The notes below the pieces were generated by a model. It was not told where the DNA came from. It did not search any database and saw only the letters and a program-made list of their open reading frames with translations. A stretch of 64,000 bases of DNA from Octopus sinensis. Taxonomy: Eukaryota. Positions 51,985 through 64,000 of this stretch are shown piece after piece. Each line of letters opens with the position of its first letter. The first letter of the stretch is position 1. The translations under genes and the position numbers were made by a program. The stretch covers positions 87,606,001 to 87,670,000 of the forward strand of contig NC_043006.1 of the NCBI RefSeq assembly GCF_006345805.1, written 5' to 3'.

Positions 51985-52520
51985 TGGTGCTGTCATTGGC
52001 AATGTCAGTGAATTTGATTTCGATTTCACTTGCCTCAATAGGTCCTCACAAGCAGAGTTTAGTGTCCAATGAAAGAAAGGTACGCATAAGTGGGCTGGTT
52101 ACACCACTGGCATAGACCACGGGTTATGGTCCCACTTGGCTTGCCGGGTCTTCCCAAGCACAGCATATTTCCAAAGGTCTCGGTCACTAGTTATTGCCTC
52201 AGTGAGGTCCCATGTTTGAAGGTCGTGCTTCACCACCTCATCCCAGGTCTTCCTGGGTCTACTTTTTCCACAGGTTCCCTCTACTGCTAGGGTGTGACAC
52301 TTTTCCACACAGCTATCCTCATCCATTCTCACCACATGACCATACCAGCACAGTTGTGTCTCTTGTACACCACATCTGATGCTTCTTAGGTCCAACTTTT
52401 CTCTCAAGGCACTTACACTCTGTTGTGCATGCACACTGACATTCCACATCCAGCTGAGCATACTGGCTTCATTCTTTGCAAGCTTACGCATGTCCTTAGT
52501 AGTCACAAGCTCAGCATGTC
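51985..52520 (-). mobile_element. RTE-clade LINE 3' fragment (RT C-terminus plus start of 3'UTR)
   Basis: ORF 52099-52506: WYGHVVRMDEDSCVEKCHTLAVEGTCGKSRPRKTWDEVVKHDL, typical RTE C-terminus. Confidence 0.85.
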
Positions 52521-55223
52521 TTCACCTTCGACAGACCCTCCAATAAAAGTTAGTAGGCTGAAACTTCCAAGTCGCAGTCAACCCTCTTCATGTAAATGAA
52601 GAATAAATATGTACTCTACAAAAATGTTTTAAGTAATTCTTCAGTTTAATGTTAAATTATTCTTATTATAATTGAACATGGAAGCAAACATCTACATACA
52701 CACACCCATACATATTTATAACTCATCAAACTAGGAAAAAAATCTACAGTAGAATTTGAAAGCAAGAAACTGAAATGCTGACCTACTTATTGCCCACTTG
52801 CTTCAGCACTATATTTCCCCCTTAGCTTATGAATCCTATTTAACAGAGATGATAAAATAGATATTTGTAGTTATAATGTTTTCACTGTTACCTTCTACGA
52901 CAGGTGTACACTTGGTTCTCTCTGTGCAGTGGGTGGCATGCTTTTCAAATGGTTTAATATCAGGAAGTATCTGTGTATGTGTGTAGCTAAATTGTAATGG
53001 ATGGGAAGGAAAGAAGGAAGGAAAACAATGGAAGTGGGGAAATGTGAGCTGTAACATTATATGAGAGAATATTAATGGAAGGTGTTTATAGAAAAACTTG
53101 GGTCAAATTTGGATAGAATAAATTTAAATAAGTGATAAAAATGAATAAACATAATATACTATAATGAAAAAAATAAGTGAAATAAAATTTAGAATATATT
53201 GTTTGTCTAACTAAAGCTATTGTATAAACACATTCCATTAATATTCTTCTCACAATCCCCCATTTACCTCTTTCCTTCCATTACCATTACCTACAATACA
53301 ATATAACTATATGTACAAATTCTTTGTGGTAATTTTAACTGGTAGAAAAGACCCCTGTGGACTAAATTGGGCAGAATTTAATAAAACATTTCCTTTCCAT
53401 TCACTCAGCTTTTAGTATTGAGTCCTGCATAGAGTTTGTAATCCAAACAAAACAAACAGCACATAATATGCAATGCCAATAATTCTGCAGAGGTTCCTTA
53501 ATGAAAGGATTTATAAGCATCTACAGTTGCAGGAATTATTTGATGAAACAATGGATGACTGTTGTATGATAGGTGAAAAAGAGCAAATTTCATTATCATT
53601 ATTTTTTTTATTTTTTAATCTGCTTTTTCATGTTGGTATGGGTGGGATGAGGCATTTTGTAGCCTGAATAACCTCTAATGCCAATCTTACTGGTTTTCAC
53701 ATTTAGTACTGTTATGCATCCTTGTTCCAAAATGATATGATGGTTATAAAAAAAAAGTATCACCTTCAAGTGGTATTTAAAAAAGCATCAACAGAAGTGG
53801 TATTACTTGTTTCTAATCTTCCCTGAGCAAACTGGTTGGCCATAAGGAAAGATTACTTTGCAATAAAATAGGTGAGAAGTTTTCACTAACGGCAACCCTC
53901 ATTTGAGAACTTAATTGGACAGTCTATTATCAAAGGCATTTCATGTATGACCCTCCCAATAAATTTGTGCATACCAAAGATTACATTAGCCAATGTGTGG
54001 TTCTTTATGTGAACAGGTGGTGTAAATGTGTTGTTTACCTGCTGTGTAAGGTGATGTTTACTGTAGAATGTTGCTGTTACAAGTGAAGCAGAAAGAATAT
54101 TCAATAGGAAGACACTAGTAGAAAAGAAACTCTAAAGTTGCTTTAGAGCATGTGTCTGTAATTTTTTGCTTTTGCTTATGCCAGAAAAAGGTCGACAGTC
54201 ACTATGGTAAACTAAAAATCTTACTTTGCAATTCTTATTGAAATAACTGTTAACATTAAATAGCTTGTCTTCCAAGCAGCTTTCTAAAACTGACGCTCCA
54301 GACCTGGCTAAGAATTTATGTCCTGATAAACAAAAACTGCCATCCCATGAGATTACGAAGCAACTGATCTGCTTCTCACTTCAAGTTGCTCAAAAGCTCA
54401 CTGTTAATAACATTACCTCTTCCTGCTGCCAGTACTAATTCCTTCCAATGTAAAAACAAAGACTACTTTGATGTACTTCCATTGTTTGTAAGTAATTAAA
54501 GCTGACACCCATTATACAGCTGTAAGTTCTGCTAAATTTTCTTTCTAACTCAGATTCAAATTCATAGCCATAAATAATTACACCTTTATAAAAGAAAGAA
54601 CAAATGGAAGAAATAATACTAAATTCATTGCAGTATTTAGTTGTATTCCTTTAAATTGTTTAAATCTCATTGTGATAGACTGTCTTTCATTCCTCCCATA
54701 TTGATAATTTAAGGACCACTTAATACATAAAGAGTTGATTCAATCAGCTACGCCCCTCCTCTCCAACATTGCAGTCAATTTATACACCAAAGTATAAGAG
54801 CTTTATTTCCTTTTGTAGTAACTGTGTTGATGAATAATGATGGTAAACTTTTAGAAAGCAGTTTTTATTCCTGGCTGAGGCATCTAACTTAACCCAGTCT
54901 TCATACTTTTCACATTCCTCCCAACAGTTGACACCTCTCACTTGCAATGTCATCTTCAAATTCTATGGGAGAAGGTAGTATAAGTGAGACCCAAGAAACA
55001 GTTTTTAATATATTGCACTATTGTATTTTCATTTTTATATCTTTTCCCCACTAAACATCTACACAAAGATAGAAGCCATATCATGTTGTTTAAGAATTTT
55101 GTATTGCAACTATGGCATTCTAGGTCCAATTTCACTTCATGATTCCCTTCATAATTTTCTCTTCTGTAACTCCATGTTCAACAATGTCAAATGGGGGGAA
55201 TTTACTTAGATGATGATGATGAG

Positions 55224-55237
55224 TGAGAGATAGAGAA

Positions 55238-55273
<36 letters not shown>

Positions 55274-55338
55274 CGAGAGAGAGAGAGCGAGAGAGAGAGC
55301 GAGAGAGAGAGTGAGAGTTTGTGTGTGTGTGTGTGTAC
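55224..55338. repeat. (GA)n/(GAGC)/(GT)n microsatellite
   Basis: Directly visible. Confidence 0.95.
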
Positions 55339-55881
55339 TTGTTAAAATGGTACTATGTGATAAATGCAGATTGATGAAAATAAGAACTGCTTAAAAAAAA
55401 ACCATAGCGAAAACCTGTAAAAGCATATCATCTCTCTTCATTTCACTATTTAGAAATAATAAATTAGTGCTAAATATCTTAATGAGAAATAATTTATAAC
55501 TCATTAAGAATGATTTCCTAATTAAGAGTGAAATCTTAGTTGTTACAGACTTCAGTGATTTGTGCATGGCCACAGCTGTAGGAAATAAAATAATGATCTA
55601 AACAGCATCCAGCATTTTCTAATTATATCTAATTAATAATACAATAAACATGTAGATTGCTTTAATATTCACTTATGTGTTTAATGATGCCAACAGGAAT
55701 TAAGCTTCAGTTCACAAATAAGCTATGAAATCATTTGCACCAACAACCAACATGTAAACACTTAAATTTGAGAAATCACAAATAGAACAAAAGTGTAGTG
55801 AAAGATGAATAAACAGAGATATCAGCAAAGAAAAAGGTGTCACAGAAAACAGTGATTACAAAGAAATTTATATATATATAT

Positions 55882-56200
55882 ATCATCATCATCATCATTT
55901 AACGTCCGCTTTCCATGCTGGCACCGGTTGGACGGTTCAACTGGGATCTGGGAAGCCAGAAGGCTGCACCAGGCCCAGTCTGATCTGGCAGTGTTTCTAC
56001 AGCTGGATGCCCTTCCTAACGCCAACCACTCCGTGAGTGTAGTGGGTGCCTTTTACGTGCCACCGGCACAGGTGGCAGACGAGGCTGGCAAACAACCACG
56101 ATCGGATGGTGCCTTTTACGTGCCACCGGCACGGGGACCAGACGAAGCTGGCAACAGCCACGGTCGGATGGTGCTTTTTAGGTGCCACCGGCACGGAGGC
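55882..56200 (-). mobile_element. RTE-3'UTR-type repeat with internal tandem subunits
   Basis: Family signature; TGCCACCGGCAC subunit x3. Confidence 0.82.
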
Positions 56201-56236
56201 TGGTTGTCATGAACTATATATATATATATATATATA

Positions 56237-56735
56237 TTCTTTTACTCTTTTACTTGTTTCAATCATTTGACTGTGGCCATGCTGGAACACTGCCTTAAAG
56301 GGTTCCCAAACTGCTAAGTTATGGTGATATAAACACACTAGCATCAGTTGTCAAGAGATAGCAGGACAAACACAGACACACACACATAAATGCATACAAA
56401 TATATATACACACACACACACACACACACGCACTAGCAATGCACCGCAGCGTTGCCAAATTGTTATGACCTACAGCCACATTGTATTATTTGTTCCTTTG
56501 TTATGGGAAGAACTGGCACACGAGGTGTATGAAACAACTCTTTATAAACATGTTTTTCGGTCATTTTCTGATGAACAACGCTACAGTTTCTATCTACCAA
56601 ATTCAGTCACAAGTCTGTGGTTGGCCTAGGGCTATAGCAGAAAACATTTGCCCAAGGTACCATGCAAAGGGACTGAACATGGAACCATGTGGTTGGCAAG
56701 CAAACTTCTCAATCACACAGTCATTTCTGCGCCTA
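56237..56735 (-). mobile_element. tRNA-derived SINE interrupted by a ~140-bp insert (~56445-56585)
   Basis: SINE tail 56237-56370 and head/body 56586-56735 in reverse orientation; insert has weak AGCGTTG...ATGACC terminal inverted similarity. Confidence 0.65.
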
Positions 56736-57104
56736 ATATGTGTGTGTGTGTGTTTACATTTGTTGTTAAATTGAGTATTGTGTCCCACTATGTCTCGAAG
56801 TTAGCAGTTCATCAAGCAGAGACCTATAAAATAAATGCCAAATTGGAATATGCACTGAGGTCAGTGTGATCAATTAAATTTTTGAAGGTGATAACACATC
56901 ATCGTGACAGTCGAAAACTAAACACAGTAAAATAATGTTTAAAGACTTAATGGCTTCAAATTTAAGGCAATGGATTACTAACCACAAGATAATGAGCTCA
57001 AAACTTAGTTTGAACTTCTACTCTATATGATAACACTATATATATATATTATAGTCTACTTGACTTCCAACAATTAACAATTGTAATCTGAAGTTGAATG
57101 GTTA

Positions 57105-57346
57105 ACAGTAAGAGAGACATAAACATACCAGCATCGGTTGTCAAGCAATGCTAGGGGGGACAAACACACACATATATATACATATATACAACGGGCTTCT
57201 TTTCAGTTTCTGTCTACCAAATCCACTCACAAGGCTTTGGTCGGCCCGAGGCTATAGTAGAAGACACTTGCCCAAGGTGCCACGCAGTGGGACTGAACCC
57301 GGAACCATGTGGTTGGTAAGCAAGCTACTTACCACACAGCCATTCC
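57105..57346 (-). mobile_element. tRNA-derived SINE
   Basis: GAAGACACTTGCCCAAGGTGCCACGCAGTGGGACTGAACCC...ACCACACAGCCATTCCTG. Confidence 0.85.
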
Positions 57347-57714
57347 TGTGCCACTGTAGATTTTAACATACAAATGTCCAGTTGTTCAATCAACTAGATG
57401 GCCTACTCACTGAATTAGCATGCAAAGTGGTTGAGTATTCCACAGGCACTTGTACCTTTAACATAATTTTCTGGTAGAGTCAGTGTAACACTGTAACATG
57501 ACTGAATTACAGACACAGTCTACCCGATGGATTCTGAACAGTTTCCACTAATGCAATTTTGCTCACAAATCTTGGGCCAACTCAAGACTATGATAAAGAT
57601 GCATACTCAAGGTATCACCCAATGTGATTAAACCCCAGACCTTGTGGTTGTAAAAGAAACTTCACCATTCAGCCATGCATGTATGCACACATACATACAA
57701 ACACACACATACAC

Positions 57715-57745
<31 letters not shown>

Positions 57746-57836
57746 TGTATGTATGCATGCATGCATGCACGCATGTATGTATGTATGTGTGCATTTCACT
57801 TAGGCATAACAAGACTAAACAGTACTACATATTTAA

Positions 57837-58057
57837 CCCTTTTGTGACCAACCCGGCTGAAACTGGCTCTGGCTCTGTAGTACAAATGTTCTGTTTTCAT
57901 AAGTATTGAATTAAAATCTTCCACCAAACCTTAGTCCCAATTTATGTTCCTAACACTAGCTTAATGATAACCAAGTTATTTTACTAAATTTTTTGTTATA
58001 TTTAAAGTAATTGAAAGAAACACAGATCATCTCAAAATAAATGCAGTAATGAAAGCG
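57837..58057. mobile_element. piggyBac-like MITE with TTAA target duplication
   Basis: TTAA|CCCTTTTGTGAC ... GTAATGAAAGCG|TTAA (TTAA at 57833-57836 and 58058-58061). Confidence 0.65.
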
Positions 58058-58841
58058 TTAAGGCTCTAATAAAGCTATAAGCAGCTGTAAGCTAATGAAG
58101 TTCACAAGATAATTGTTTATTCCTTTATCAACTTATTTTCTTATATATATATATATATATAAACCTCACTGCACCTCATTCTTTTTACACACGTGTAGCA
58201 TGTGTGACATGTATCAAAAACCCTCACAATTAATTAAAATGCAAGAATCACTAACACTCAGTTTTTCTCCTGGCAAATCCTTAACATAATAAAAGACTGA
58301 ATTGGAAAGTCTGGTTTTCCTTCAAGTTAAGAACATATTTCATCTCTCATTGAGCCCTCTAATATTCTCAAGAATGGCCCACTAGAATGACCCAACTTTA
58401 ATATCAGGAATAGTACTTCCCTCTATACACAAACCACATCAAGAGAAATACCACTCAAATGGTTGACATAATTTCACTTACACACCAATCTATGATCATT
58501 ACATGTGTTATCTCTTCTCTCTGTCATTCTTCTATTACTACAATATCCTCTATTCCTTGGATTTGACTGGTCTCTCATACTACCTCGATTCTCTACTCAT
58601 CATTCTTTCATCATATTTTATTTACCTCTCTCCAGGTCCTGCACTAGTCACAACACCCAGTCCTTTCTTTCCTGGATTTCTTCCCTGTACGTATCTTCCT
58701 TGTAGTTATTGAATTGCAACAGATTAAGCAGAATGTGAATGACCTCAATATGACCAGACTTCAGTGGTCTGCTGAATCCATGGACACAGTTCCTGCCACC
58801 AGACCATAAAAGTATCAATAATGATAATGATGATGATGATG

Positions 58842-58874
<33 letters not shown>

Positions 58875-59577
58875 GGATGTAAAGTCTTAGCACCAGTGGA
58901 GTATAAATTAAGACATGACAGAGTTGGCCAATATCTCCACTGGCTAATAAGTCGGCATTACAATATCAAAACTGCCAACAAGTGGTATAATCACCACCCT
59001 GAGGCTGTAACTGAAGGAGAAAATGTAACTATTCTGTGGGACTTTCCAGTACATACAGACCGAACCATCAAGGCCAATAAACCAGATATTGTTGTGAAAG
59101 ACCAAAACAATAAAGTTTGCTTATTGATCGACATGAGCATCCCCTGTGATCATAATATCTCAGCGAAAGAGTTTGACAAGCTCAGAAAATATAAAGACCT
59201 ACTCATTGAAATTGAGAAAATGTGGCATCTCAAGGCGGTTACAATACCAGTGATCGTAGGAGCACTAGGAATGATCAAGAAGGAAACCGAAAATTATATG
59301 AGAATGATCCCTGGCTTACCATCCCTGCAAGAAGTGCAAAAGATTGTCTTAACTGGTACATCACACGTATTGAGAAGAGCATTGTCGATGTGAGAACTGT
59401 TGCTGCTCATGTATTTTAATTTAACTTTTAAAAAAATTAAAAAAAAAAAAAAATGAACGAACTACTGAGTTTGGTTTAATGGCCTACCAATGTATACTAT
59501 GAGTTTCTTTGCCCTAGGAGTCGGGAAGACACTCGGCAAGAAATGGAAGCAAATTTGAAAGAAGAAAAAAAAAAAAA
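58875..59577 (+). mobile_element. R4/Dong-clade LINE 3' end with open REL ORF and 3'UTR
   Basis: Uninterrupted GCKVLAPVEYKLRHDRVG...KPDIVV...IDMSIP...KYKDL...LRRALSM* (to 59393), PD-(D/E)xK-type REL motif; poly-A then (AAT)n. Confidence 0.92.
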
Positions 59578-59619
59578 AATAATAATAATAATAATAAAAT
59601 AATAATAATAATAATAAAT

Positions 59620-60173
59620 GCCCTGATGCAGTACCAGGCAGTGGCTCTCATGGCTTCTGATCTTAACTGATTGGAAGTGTTATCATGTATATTGTTTTGT
59701 CTTGGTATAAAAGATGGGCTACAGCAAATATTCTGCTCAAAACCACAGATTTGCTTGTCAGTTGCTTGACCTTAACCAGTTGAGCATGTCCCTTAGTGGC
59801 TGACGATATGTGCATCTCTGATCACGAGCAGAAGTAGTGGGGGAGCATCATAGCCATGTGTTGAGAGGGATTCTTTGGGGTTTGAATAATTCACCTCTGG
59901 AAACATGGGTGGTTCTTTCAACATCCTTAAACAACCCTTATTCAGGGACCTTTTGAGCGGGATGGGCTACTCAACCTGAAGAAAATTCTAACTGGGCCCC
60001 ACCTGCAAGGTCATGTGCTGTTTATCTTGATATGAGATCACCATGTCGCGCACATATGGTTGTGATGCATGTGCCTGGTGTACCCTTATCAGACGGGTAA
60101 TCATGATGGGTATATTGGGCTTCGTATATTTTACCCCAGTGTCACTTTGATGGCATGCACTGCTCTCTCACTC
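59620..60173 (+). mobile_element. 554-bp unclassified non-coding repeat flanked by (AAT)n
   Basis: Second copy at 39633-40047, fragment at 22330-22460; no ORF or Pol III boxes recognised; strand assignment tentative. Confidence 0.75.
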
Positions 60174-60189
60174 AATAATAATAATAATA

Positions 60190-61615
60190 ATAATATTGCA
60201 CCATCCAAAATCTGACATATAACATATCAAAGTTAGTAGAGGCCTTGTACAGCTAGAAAACTATTACAAAACAACCACTGTAGGATTACAGAAATACCTA
60301 CTTCAGGAGCAAGGTAAACTAATACAAATAGCCACAAAACACGAACAAAACAAAAAAAAAACTGTTTTCAGTCTTTAAGGAAGCTGACAAATATATAAAG
60401 GATGCCATAGTTCCTAAGAACTATGAAGAAAAAGAAGAAACAACAAAAGCTGTAAAACAACTGAAATCCAAACAAAAACTGGAACAGTAATGCATCATGG
60501 TGAAACGATGGCAAGAAAAGCTGCTTCATGGCAAACACTGGGTTAAACTAAACGGAAAAGAAATAGACAAAGCAAAATCCCAACAATGGTAGAGAAGCTC
60601 AGGAATGAAAGCAGAGACTGAAGTAGTTTTAATTGCAACACAAGATCAAAGCCTTCCCACCAGTAATCATCAAAAGCATGCAATGAAAAGAAATACAAGT
60701 AACTGCAGAATATATGGAGATGAAGAAGAAACAATAAATCATATTTTCTCTGGCTGCCCAGTCCTGGCTATGAAAGAATATATTCATGGATACGACAGAG
60801 TTGGGAACTATATACACTAGAAGCTATGCCAACACTATGGAATAACAGAAAAAAGATGGTATAGGCACACACCAGAAAATATCACAGAAAATGAGAAAGC
60901 AACCATACTTTGGGATATACCAAAACATACAGATAGGAATGAGCAAGTGTCTCTGCTGTGCTGCATCTGCAATGGAGTGGATAAAACCATTGTCCATATC
61001 ATGAATGAATGCCCTAGGCTTGCCCAAAACCACTACAAGTTGTGGCTTTACGATCAGGTAGTAAAAATGCTACACTGGAAACTGTCCAAAAAGAGGGAAC
61101 TAGAGAGAGGCAAGATGTGGTATGAGCACAAACGGCAGAGTGGCAGAGTCGGAGACTAACAAAATCCTCTGGGATTTCCCAATCCAAACAGATCAGGTGC
61201 TAGAGCATAACAGACCAGACCTAGAGGTGGTCGACAAGGTGCAACACATGTGCTATATAGTTGGTGTTGCCTGCTCCTTTGAATAGTCAAGAAGGAAGGC
61301 AAAAAAAATAGATAAATACAACCTTTTTAAGTACGGATAGCCTGGCTATGGAAAATGAAGGTGAAGATAGTTCCAATTATTGTTGAGTCCTTGGGGACAG
61401 TATCAGAAGGCATCACGGGGAATATAAAGGAAATTGGAATAGAGTACCCAGTAGAACTATTACAGAAGGTTTGTCTCCTTGGCATGACCAGAATAATCAT
61501 GAAAGAATTAGATAGTTGAAAAGAATGGATAGCATGGTACCGTAGGCTACAGGGAGCAAACCTGTTACACATGTAAGACTCCAGGAGTTTCAACAAAACC
61601 TGTGGTAAAAAGAAA
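60190..61615 (+). mobile_element. Two abutting R4/Dong-clade fragments
   Basis: LLHGK...KAETE...ETINHIFSGCPVLA...ILWDIP, then CCICNGVDKTIVHIMNECPRLAQ...ILWDFPIQTD...LQKVCLLG; ends in AATAATAA. Confidence 0.82.
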
Positions 61616-61639
61616 TAATAAGTTGAATCAAACATTTTG

Positions 61640-61910
61640 CAATACTTGCTTTATTTATCAAGTTACAACAAAAGCAGCCTAGCATTCAGAGTAGAAGCTA
61701 TTACGTTGCACCACTTGAAGTCACCGTTCTTCCAGTTTTTTGATCCCACACTGATACCTGTTCTTATTCTTCAGGTTGAAGAACTCTTTCACTGAAGCTT
61801 CCACCACCTCGTGGTTGATGAAGCATTGCAAGCACAGGATGTGAGACATAGTAGTTGGATATTGTTGTTGAGCCCCAGATCAGCTGTTAGTGAAACCTAT
61901 GACCAAAGGC
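61640..61910 (-). mobile_element. Mariner transposase C-terminal remnant
   Basis: Minus strand FINHEVVEASVKEFFNLKNKNRYQCGIKKLEER*LQVVQRNSFYSE resembles a mariner C-terminus. Confidence 0.7.
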
Positions 61911-64000
61911 ATGATCTTTTTTAAGGTATAATATACTCCAGACTTCATAACCCAATATACTCTTTAAAATGGTATGGCATGGTTTGAGGGGAAATGTGAT
62001 TGATACTTTTATCAGGCTGAATTGATCACTGGAAGGCTTTTTCACTAGCTTAAATGTTCAGATGAAATAGCTACAACTATAAAAAATTGAAGATATTCAG
62101 ATTTATAAAACTAGCTTCATTCATGGAGAAATAAATGGATACTTAGAAACAAAAAACCTAATACACAACAAAGTGTACATTGCTGTGTGTGTGTGTGTGC
62201 ATGCATGTGTCTGAGTGAGAAAGAGAGTGCATGTGTTAGAAAGAGAGTACGTGTGGGAGTGTGAGTTTGTGTGTGTGTGTGTGAGAGAGAGAGTGAGTGA
62301 GTTTGTGTGTGAGAGGGAGAGAGAGCAAGTGTGTATATAAAGTTAGGATTGTAGATTGCACATGATCTTAAGGAGTAGGCTTGTAGTTTGTTAACCTCAA
62401 GTCAACTTGGATCAAAGGTTTGATCAAACATTTTCTAACTCACTATCAAATATAGTTTTGTTTTGTGCAATATATATGGGATCATACAATCAATGACACC
62501 ACCTTTATTTTATTTGCTATGCTTATGTTTGGAAACAAAGGTGTGATATGAAAAATAATTGGCAATTGCTTCTCAAAGATCACGAGATCTCATTCACTCC
62601 AGAGGCTCCCTTTAGTTAGAGAATAAGAAGTACTGAATGAAATGGTAGATAGTAGTTGAGTTTAAGCAGGGAACATCCCAACACCTTCCAAATGTAATAA
62701 ACTAACAACACTCCAAATTCATGAGGGAATGAACAGTCCCCTTCAGGTTTCAAATCCATAAGATTCCACATATCATGAAAATGTCTAAATATGTTGAACA
62801 ATTCCATGAAAATATAAAATATACTGGAAAGTAAATAGATACAGATATGAATATATTAGTATGGTACTAAGTAAAATATTGGGCAGGAGGAGATAGGTAA
62901 TATAACAACCTGTTCTTTGCTTGAGTTAGAATTTAATATTTTTCATAAGGTTTACTGAAATGAAACCCAGAAAGGAATATGAAAATATGTCTCACCCAAT
63001 GATTTAAAAATAAAATTTGGTTTTAAAAAAATTGGTTGTTGTTTTTAAGTTTTCATATCACTTTTCATCAAAGTGATGTAACTGAAAACAATCTCACTAT
63101 AACAATCCTGTCTTTTTAAGGGTGTCTAAGGACTGTATTATCTAATGTAGTCTTCCCGCTTTTAAGATGGTCAGGTGTTACTTGAAAACATTTGGCTACT
63201 ATTTTTAGAATGGTAAGAAGCCATGTAGAGGCTCTTTCTTTGGATGGTGTTAAATTATGGCAGTTACTATAAAGTTTACCACTGAACCAAGCAAGCAGTA
63301 AATGGTATCCATAATTTGCAATTTATTTGCTGCTGTAACCAAAAAGTTCTGCTAGTTCTGAAAGCAATTATTACCGTTCTTGTCAATTATGTTACTAAGT
63401 ATTATTAAAACTAACATAATTTAAAGCTAGACAAATAATACAGCCACATTGTATTGTGTTTTTTATATTTACAATTATTATTTTCTTTCTTTTTTAGAAA
63501 GAAGAGGTTCTCTAGTAAGGATTGTATTGTTCATATATTTCTTTACTGCTAATATTAGGTTACAGTGCAGCTGCAAGTCACCTTCAAGTGCCATTAAATA
63601 ATTTCAGCTTCATAGACTGACTTTGATCGACGTAAATTGATTCCAATGAAAATATGTCCAAAATACCGACCATCTCAGAAAATAACATTTTAAATTATGG
63701 AGCTGTTAATTTGTAATTTTAAAACTGATTTTTCTACTTCTGAAGCCATAATTGTTGAGCAAATGACAATAACTGTGAAGAAAAAATTTCTCTGCTTCTG
63801 AAGCCATGAATGCAGAGGAAAAATGTAATAAAAAACTAAGAAAAGAACTATTACATTTGAGGCATATGTGCAATCATACTGCCTCACCAACAAGGGCACC
63901 TTACATAGTCACTCACCCTGCTAGAAATAGCAGTCCCTTAAAACATATGTAACTGGCAGTAGTGAAGAAGGTGTATGTATGTATGTATGTATGTATATAT

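Noticed and set aside
58821-58874. MIMMMMMIIII N-terminus of the 190-aa ORF
   Set aside because: Translation of the (GAT)n/(AAT)n target tract, not part of the element's protein.
59620-59700. Possible HDV-like ribozyme at the left end of the 554-bp element
   Set aside because: Only isolated hairpins; could not build the nested double pseudoknot or place the catalytic C.

Overview
AT-rich eukaryotic non-coding DNA. The repeat families resemble those of coleoid cephalopods, most likely Octopus (inference). No host protein-coding gene could be supported, so the window looks intronic or intergenic. Protein-like ORFs are transposon remnants: a frameshifted Tc1 (DD34E) transposase, Penelope-like (PLE) RT fragments, a Tx1/L1-clade LINE fragment, an RTE 3' end, mariner and piggyBac-like derivatives, and about nine R4/Dong-clade (REL endonuclease) fragments stacked on the + strand in (AAT)n tracts. 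The rest is tRNA-derived SINEs, RTE-3'UTR-type repeats, micro/minisatellites and local duplications. The most interesting signal is not in the ORF track: five type I hammerhead-ribozyme (HHR)-like motifs from four different repeat families. The best is an inverted pair at 4835-5491 with an otherwise canonical core carrying a compensatory U3-A8 pair, a palindromic stem III and a long extended stem I. It can be reconstructed as a ~364-nt retrozyme-like monomer. Two of these families occur as locally generated fold-back palindromes. All structures were read by eye, nothing was computed or searched, and repeat boundaries are approximate.
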